Below the pieces are notes generated by a model. It was given only the letters and a program-made list of their open reading frames with translations. It was not told the DNA's origin and searched no databases. 64,000 nucleotides of DNA from Paramecium tetraurelia (lineage: Eukaryota): assembly GCA_000165425.1 (NCBI GenBank), contig CT868163.1:372001-436000 (forward strand). Reading direction: 5' to 3'. A program made the position numbers and the translations under genes. Each line of letters begins with the position of its first letter. Positions within the stretch are counted from its first letter, which is position 1. This document shows positions 55,501 to 64,000 of the stretch, piece by piece.

Positions 55501-56366
55501 TTCAGCTCTTTGTTTATCAGAATTCTAATTACTCTTTTTATGCCAATATTTATTTATGCAAAGACGATCAGAAATTGTATTATCAATTAGGAAAGCGTTA
55601 TTTACAAGAATAAATTTAGTTTATTTCGGTTAAGTTTATATCTATTGAAAATTTCTTCTATTTAGATTCTTATATTGTAGGAATTCTTATAGTCTCAGAA
55701 TAAAAAACCCAATTAGCGATGATGTGTTTTACCAATTAAATTAGCTTTATTATCAGGCTTAACTATACGATTAATGAATCCGATTTTTAGCAATCTACTC
55801 TAGCATTCAAAAATTTATTGTTTTATTCTCCTCCTTAAAGGACTAACTATTTATATTAATTTAAATAGGCAATGATTTCTAGTGGTTTGGTGGTTGTGTA
55901 TTATTAGAGTTATTACCCCCAATACTTGGATTATTATGTTCTTTATAATACTTCTTATTTAAATTTTACTTTAGGAAATTAGGAAAACACATTCTTATTT
56001 TCTGCTATGTAATAATATTCTTGTTGTTAAATTTAATGTATCGTAACTTTCAATAGTTCTTATGGATTCATATTTAATTATGATTAAACCATTCTAATTA
56101 ATAGCTTAAAAATTGAAGTTCATCTTTAAAACAACGCAACTTAATGCAGTTTATAAGCTTTTAATTTAGGATATATGGCTATTTCTAATTACACTTTTTA
56201 TTTTAACAAATAATTAGATTTCGGATTTGAATATGCTTTAATCGCATTTTTGATAATAGTTTTCATATTAGCACTATTTTTTTTATGGTATAGGACGAAA
56301 GATTAGGATTATTAATTTGGGCTACAAGAATTTGAAGAATTAGAGATCGATACATTCTAATAATGA
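52519..56366 (+). CDS. Large single-pass membrane protein (~1274 aa)
   Basis: Signal peptide MIFLSSLFITLYSFA, YLTQGETYSL; removing a 23-nt intron near 52723-52745 gives an in-frame length; C-terminal TM FEYALIAFLIIVFILALFFLWY. Confidence 0.78.
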
Positions 56367-56729
56367 TAATTTAATTTATTAAAATTATAATTTTAAATAA
56401 TCCTTACATCAATCTATTTTTTGTATTAGAATTCAGCAATTTAAAGGGATATAAAGATTAATATTAAAAAAAGTTAAATAAATCTTTATAATTTCTCTTT
56501 CAAAGATAATGAATTTAAATTTATGAATGAATGTTCCTTATGCTCATTCTAGAATGGGTGATTTAAAAAAGAATATCCATTTCAAATAAAAGAATTCCTC
56601 TCTAAATTTCTTTTTTTATAAAAAATAGTTTAGTTAAAACTTATACATAATAGTATTTAATTTTATTCTATTTATATTATCTTATATAATCTTGTTAAAG
56701 CATACATTTTAAAATATATTATCGAATTA

Positions 56730-58296
56730 ATGGCTAGCACGTGTTGGTAAACTAATAAAAATCAGGCTGAATATCAAATATATCAATAGCAAGCTTAAAC
56801 TAAGGCTTAAGCTCAGATTTAATATTTTGTGTTCTAAGACTTATAATATGTTATCAATTTACTCTATTAACTGAAAGCTGTTGCTTAACATTTTAAGAAC
56901 TCTGAACATACTATGGTTAAACTGTGTAATAACAAGTTGATGTTATAGTTAAATATATCATACGGAATACATTTTGATTAATTATAACAATTTCAGAAGG
57001 ATTAAACAAACTTAAACTTTTTAATAGCATAAAGAAATACTGCAAAAGGGATACTTGAGTCCATTATTGGAAAAATGAATCATGATGAGTAGAAATTATT
57101 AAAAGAGTAATTAGAATTTATTGAAGATTACAAAACTAATTGTTTAGGATCGCAATGTAATTTGAAGCAGTATTCATTAAAAAACACAAATTTGACTCCC
57201 TAATTCAATGAGTAAGTATTGCAATAATTAATTCATTCAATCTAATAAGTTGATAATTAAGTAACTCACATAAAAGAAAATACTAATTCTAGCTTTTCAT
57301 TGGAATAAATTGAAAGAACAGCATAGTACATTATTTTTTTATCATTTTAGATAGTATGAAAGAAAAACATAAGATTAATTGAATCTCAATTTTCCAAATG
57401 TGAATAGTTCTTCTTACAATATGCATGATAATCAATTTCCTTAAGGAGATAAACAAAATATAAGAAATTGCAACAATACTTTTAATTTTAATTAAACTAC
57501 TTAATAGAATTAATTAAATAATTAAAAACCTTATTCTCCTTATCCTGATTTAATAAATTCTAATGGTATCACTGATTTTTAGAACTAATCATTAGAATAT
57601 GTCTTATGCTATTTTGAATAATCTAACTTGAACAAAAATACAATATTATAATAAATCTATAATCATTACGAAAGCTGTAGAAATCACGTATTTAATCAAC
57701 TATAAAAATATATTAATTACAATTTATTATTGGATTATTAAGAATAAGGACACTTAAGAGAATAGTTCAAATTTTTTTAGATCTTTAAGATTTATAATGA
57801 TTATTTGCAATAAACAAACTAGAATTAGACCAAACAATTAGCATAGTTCTTGGAATCTTACTCATATAAATATTAGCATTATAACGAATTCATTAATTAT
57901 TACAACCAGTCACAAAATATAATAAATTCAAAGAACAAATATACATATCATAATAATAATCAAACCATTGTGGATTTTTAATATTGTCATGATCTCTATT
58001 AAAAGTTTTTACTTGTATTTTAGTATCAAAAAAGATGATTTATACATATCTATATCAAATATTATATAAAAATTCAAAAAGTTATTTATTATATACCTGA
58101 GGTATTTTGAGTTATTTTAAATAAATTAATAATTATTCTGTTTGAATTTGAGGAACTTAATTAATTTGGGTTTTAATATTTGATAGGCATATGGATTTTT
58201 GAACTCTAAAATTAATTATTTGATTCAAATGAAATCCAGAATAATCAATACAAAATGTTAATGATAAGGTTTATTCGAAATATTATATAAGAATGA
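56730..58296 (+). CDS. Gln-rich hypothetical protein (3' part uncertain, in-frame TGA near 58036)
   Basis: MASTCWQTNKNQAEYQIYQQQAQ..; long open frame. Confidence 0.45.
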
Positions 58297-58978
58297 AAAA
58301 GTTCCGAATTTAACTAAAAAGATCAGTATTTTTTCAGATCAAATATTTCAAGACCCATAAACAGTTGAGAATCGATCTAAATTAATAAGATGATAAGTTT
58401 ATCATCCATCTCAATCAATCTCCATCTTAGTCTGAGATTCATCCAAACTCTGAATACATATCCTTTTCTTTATTTAAGAAAGATTAATTTTTGTTTAATG
58501 TAAATAATAAAATCCATCTAATAAATAAATACATCTCTCATAATATAACCCAATAATTTTTAGGTAGATATTATAATTTAATGATGTAGAAGTTTTTACT
58601 TTACTGTATATATTTGATGGGGTATTAACTTCTAAGTTAATATCAATGGATTTGAAACCATATCAAAATAAATAAATTATTCTTGAAGTTATAAAACTTC
58701 TATATTAGGTTTGATAGATTAAAAGAAAATATTTCTATTAATATAATATAGGGAGGTCATCCAAACACTGTCTCCTCTTTGAATATTATATATTTTATAT
58801 GCACAAGTTGAACTATTTTCAAGTTTAAATTAATAAATCTACTCAAAATATACTGTTTAATTTTTGGCTATTATTAGAAGAGAGAAATACAATCAACAAT
58901 TTTGAATAGTAATTCGTAATAGCTTAGAAATATATTAGATTTTAAATGGTAATAAATTATTTACATAAATAATCTTAT

Positions 58979-60201
58979 TCATCTATCATTATTAACTTGC
59001 ATCTTATGTATTACAACTAGAGGTTAATTCTGACGAACTTTTCTATATTCAAGGTAGTTTTAATAATAATCAAAATCCTCCTTTTTGACTTTTTCATCTT
59101 ATGCTTCTTTAAATTAATATAATGCAAATTAGCCTTCATATTCGCCTTCTAATACTTAAATTAGTGAATTTGAGTTATTCCTGTTGACATTATGGATCAA
59201 AACTACAAATTCAACATTTGAGGATAAATATAAAGTTTCTAGTGAGATAAACTTTTTAAATGTCATTATTTACTTAGCTTGTCTCATTTCCTGGATTTTA
59301 AGTTCTTGAAATTTCAGTTTCTATGTATTGATTATTATTATTTATAGTATCATTGATGCTCTCTATTACTAATTCTTACAATTCTTTTTTAAATATAGCT
59401 TTCTTTTATTCATCTTTGATAAACTAATTCATTAAAATTGTTGATACTTATAATTAAGTTTAGTCTTTAATGGCCGAACTCTCATTGAATGTGGAATTAT
59501 AGTTTGTTCTGTCGATATTAATATTTTCGAGGATAGACTCAGTCTAATTGTGATTTGAAAATTCTTCCTTCTTGATATCTTCATAAAATTATTATTATAC
59601 TTTGATTATTATTTGTGTTGATGATAATTTTAATTTTTTTACAAGGAATTTTAAAATTCTTCAAATTCTAATATTATTCTTGGTTATTGTTAAGAGATTG
59701 TATGGTTTCATTCTAAATTTCACATAGTTTTTAAAAATTTAAAGTAAATTATTATACTTATTCAATTTAGTATATATTTTTATGGGTATCGATAATTTAA
59801 TCTTTTGTCAAGCATTTATTTAATCGAATTTAAAATAATTCTTCCAAACGATTAAAATATTAATTCTTTTAAGGGTTTAACAGATAAAAAATGATTTAAT
59901 AGAGAGTCCAAAATTCAATTGTTTATAAAATTCTTTTCCCACAAAATGTTGTTTGATAAGGAATTTACATTGGAAATTCAATGTGCTTAAGCAATGGACT
60001 AGTGATATCAAAAACATAATCCATTAATCCATCAATTGTCGATTATGATTAATGCTGTGTTAACAAGCATATTTTCTTTTTAAGATATTCAACAATATTA
60101 TCAAATTCATCTCTGAAACTTAATTGTCTTTTTTCATAGGATAACATTCCTCTTTAATGGACGTTCCTGGGGGCAGTCTTCTAATCTGATTTAGAATACA
60201 T
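58979..60201 (-). CDS. Hypothetical protein, possibly degenerate
   Basis: MYSKSDQKTAPRNVHQRG..; coding-like segments fall in different frames and could not be joined. Confidence 0.3.
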
Positions 60202-60237
60202 AATATTATTTTATAAATTCTTATAAATTATTTAATA

Positions 60238-61043
60238 TCAATTATACTCATTTCGATTAGATTATTGATTTACTAAGATGACTTTGATGAATATCATAGC
60301 TTGGTTGAGTTTATATAATAGATTTTTGAAGTGTATCTAATATTGATGGTTTTGCTTGGTTTGTTTAAAGCACTTATTGCTATTATTGGAATTAGTTTAA
60401 CAGCATTTGATATTTCTAATTCAATTCATTATATGATTATTATTTTTCATGAAGTTGCTACTCTAAACTTTTTATTTATCTTCTTTATTATTCTATGGTT
60501 AATCTTAATTCATCACTATTTTATGAAACGTCCTCATCCTGTATTATTATTCCAGAATTTGTTTAGAGTTTTAATTTAGTAATTAGTTTTGATTTATCTA
60601 AATCCAATTATACGATTGTTTCATACTAATTGCAAATTATTTTCACTAGTTCTTCAGTGTATTGATTGCTGTTCTTAAAATCTACTTCTAACTTTTTTTT
60701 CAAATTGTTAATTTACTCTTAGAAATTAGGAGCACTAAATTCCCTCTTGTTGAACGAGGCAAAATTTTAGCATTTATTCCTTAACAAATATTATTACTTG
60801 ATACCTCTCATATTCCAAATCATCATTAAGCACCTCATTCTTATAAATAAGATCGTCACACATATTCCTTAATTCATTAACTGTGGTTTAAAGTTACAAT
60901 ATCTTATCCTCATAATTTATGTTCTATTCATTATTCCCCAGAGCAACTTGCCTTGATTCCAAAAGAGTTTTTATTTGAAATTTCAAATTCATGTTTTCCA
61001 ACTTCAAAGTATTAATTTCTCCTTGCAAGGTTATTTTATCCAT
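60238..61043 (-). CDS. Coiled-coil hypothetical protein
   Basis: MDKITLQGEINTLKLENMNLKFQIKTLLE..LQLQTTVNELRNMCDDL. Confidence 0.6.
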
Positions 61044-61625
61044 AATAAGAAATATCAAATAAATAAATATATAAAAATAAATTTTGTATTTTTAATTACA
61101 CCTCACTTTGAATCCATATCTATTTCTTGAGAATTTATTTAAATTCTATTTCTCTAATATGATGTTCAAATAGTATTATTCTGGTTTCATTAATTAAAAC
61201 AGGATTGCTTCTCTTTTCTGAAAAATAACATATATTTACAAATAATTGATCAATAGAATGCCTAAAGAATTTAATAATTTTACTGAATATTAAGTTCATT
61301 TTTGTTCTGAAGTAGCTTATTAACATATTAATTGATTTCTTTGAATCTAATATCAATTCAGAAAGTCTGTAAATAATTAAAAAGGAAGGAATTTATTAAA
61401 TTAAGAATTCATTAGATAAAATGATAAATAATATTTTCAAGATTATGTGCGTATATCTCTTTTTGTATAATATTTAAGTCTAGATATATAATATCTTATT
61501 AAAGTACTGCAATAAAACTAACAATACGCCTTGATTTTGAACAATTTAGATATATAAAGCATTTTAAAATAAACTTTATAAAACATAACTCTTTATTTCA
61601 TTTTTTAATGAATTAAGTAATCAAA

Positions 61626-63275
61626 TCAAAATTAATTTTTCTTATTAACCATTTTTTCTTTAAAAGATTATTAATTCAAGAATATTCTGTATATTTAATT
61701 TTATTTCTCCAAATTTGTTAGTTCTATATTTTGAGGGGATTATCCTAATGATTTCTTTTTTTAAGAGATGTCATACAAATCAATTGATTTGTTATTTGAA
61801 TGTCTAGTTACTTCGGTAGTCAACATATTGTTTTTTCTTTTATTATGATTTGCACTTAAATTATTGCTCTCTAGAGAAATTTGAGGAGTTTGAACAAATA
61901 ATTCTTTTAATTTAATTATCTAATTTTATATTTTCGCTTTAACATTTTATCCATGTTTTGCATACTCTTATAAATAGTAATCATCTTCTTTATCACCTAA
62001 GTCTTATTCTAAAATGAACTATTTTGGATCAAACTGCTATTATAAATCATCTAGATCATCCCAATTAATATAGCTTGCATCCTTTTAAACAGTCTCATTT
62101 TTTTTTTATTTCATTCTGCATCTTTCAGTCAGATTTACCCTTGGAAAATGAATTTCTACAGTATGTCTTTCTTTTTTGACACTTTCAAATCTTGCATTTG
62201 GTTTTGGAAGCAAGAAAATTTTTCTTTCATAAAGTTTTTCTTGTGTTAGAATTTCACTATGTTCTTTAGAGTTAAATGGTTTACCAATTAATTACATTTT
62301 CCTTCTATATTATTTTGGATCTATTAAGCCCAAATAGTTATAGAATAAATCATTCTGTTCTGGAAAGGTTATTTAAGCAAGCTTGATAATAACCATTTAA
62401 AAATTTTCATATTTCAATTCCATTTAAGGATTTGCATTCTTTTTATATATTTCAACTAAATTAAATTTAGTAACTATAAAGTTTTACTTATGATTGAATT
62501 TAAACTGATTTTTATGCTTATTTATAATTATATCCAATTTACCACCTAACTTAAGGATTAAATCATTAGTAATTTCTAAATCTATTATTTCAAAATCTTT
62601 GCAAAAAAACATAAACTTTTGTAAAATCATAATGTTAGACAATTATAACAGTTTTTCAAAGGTATTATATTTATTTGCTGTGATTGATTATTTTGAATAA
62701 AATTAAAAAATCTCTTTCAAATTTCCAATCATTTGCTTATCAAGTGGTTTTGGTTTAACAACTTCTTCTTGAATAGCTTATTATTCTACTATCTAAACAG
62801 TTTGTTATATATTTTGATTTTAGTTTTTATTGCCAATTTATAACATAACCTACTTATGTTTATCTATCTAATGGTGGGTAGTGTTGTCAGTATTCATGAC
62901 AATTAATTGAGGTGATAATTTCTCTTGATTTGCTGTTTAAATTTCGAATAAATCTTATTAAGAAAAGGGTTATTTATGATTCACCTTATTTAATATTTGT
63001 TTTCCATCAAACTTTATATCATTCTCTTTGACATCAGCTTATGATAAATCACCTGAGCTAATCAAAATATTAGTAACATTTTCTTAATCTTACTAAATCG
63101 CCATATTATGATTCTGAATATCAAATATATTTGCTTTGCTGCTTTGCCAGCTTTAAGTATTTTTAGAGTTTAATGATATTTGATTGGATTGCAAAGATGA
63201 CTATTTTGGATTATTTTACTTTTATGGTTAAGTAAGGTGATTTATTATCATTGATTGCTCAATAATGTTTGTCAT
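61626..63275 (-). CDS. Hypothetical protein with a possible p25-alpha/EF-hand-like segment
   Basis: MILQKFMFFCKDFEII..LKYENFQMVIIKLAQITF; low-complexity flanks; exon structure not resolved. Confidence 0.5.
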
Positions 63276-64000
63276 TAATAATATTTTTTGTTCATTAAAT
63301 CAATTTATTCAATGCTTTCATAATGAATGCTAGGATGAATAATATATATAATAATTTATAAAGTTAAAGAATTATATGGGGTGCTTAATGACAAAAGTGT
63401 TTTAAGATCTAAAATGCAATTACAACATTATTAAGACCTAAAGGAAGCAAAAAATATACCAGTATATTTTATAGATGTATAGGCATGAATTTTTTAATAA
63501 TTTCTCATAAGAGTATCAAGTGATAGTCCAATTAATAAACAGATTTATAAAAAATCTCATTTTAATCAAAAAAATAAATAATATGAAATAAAATGTAGGG
63601 AAACTGAATCCAACATCATAATTACATGAGAAAAAGGTAATCATTTGATTTCAGTAAGGTAACCTTTATTTTTTAACAAGTGAATGAATCAAACTTAAGA
63701 TAATGTTAATAAAAATTAAATAACTAAATGAATACAAAAGTTCATGTTTTTCGCATAGTATTAGTCTTTTTCAGAATCTCCTAACTATTTTCATATTACT
63801 TATCAATCAATTCTAAATCTAAGCATTTTTTGCTTTAGTTTCTTTTGCTATTTTGGTCGCTAAAACTTTTAGCTCTCTAAATGTTATATAGATAAATTTA
63901 AATACTGAACTAAGATACTCATATTTTATTTGGTTTTATTTATTATTGGAATTGTTGATATATTGTATATTTTAAGGGATGTTATTCTAATACAAGGACT

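Overview
AT-rich, gene-dense eukaryotic DNA that reads as a ciliate macronuclear-type scaffold, most likely Paramecium. Conserved genes (RPL18, NOP10, Sec61beta, NEK kinase, RRF, ATP12, zeta-COP, Serinc, stomatin) translate only if TAA/TAG = Gln and TGA = stop, and they carry ~20-32 nt GT..AG introns with very short intergenic gaps, so the supplied standard-code ORF track is mostly misleading. About 35 genes were read by eye, and some boundaries are approximate. Two gene-poor blocks (~4.8-17.7 kb and ~40.8-45.4 kb) interrupt the housekeeping genes. Main highlights: (1) an inverted pair of intronless 73-aa genes encoding signal peptide + pro-region + identical 8-Cys mature peptide (candidate secreted disulfide-rich peptide family), next to a decayed APE-type endonuclease fragment; (2) a Rab2-like GTPase with degenerate G3/G4/G5 motifs and a hydrophobic C-terminal tail instead of prenylation cysteines; (3) a multiply frameshifted GUF1/LepA pseudogene; (4) a 4-5 kb inverted segmental duplication of a ~1270-aa membrane protein gene; (5) a protein with four 'FQxNLxKFFAADDP' repeats. 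Near-duplicates flanking the N-gaps are judged to be assembly artefacts.
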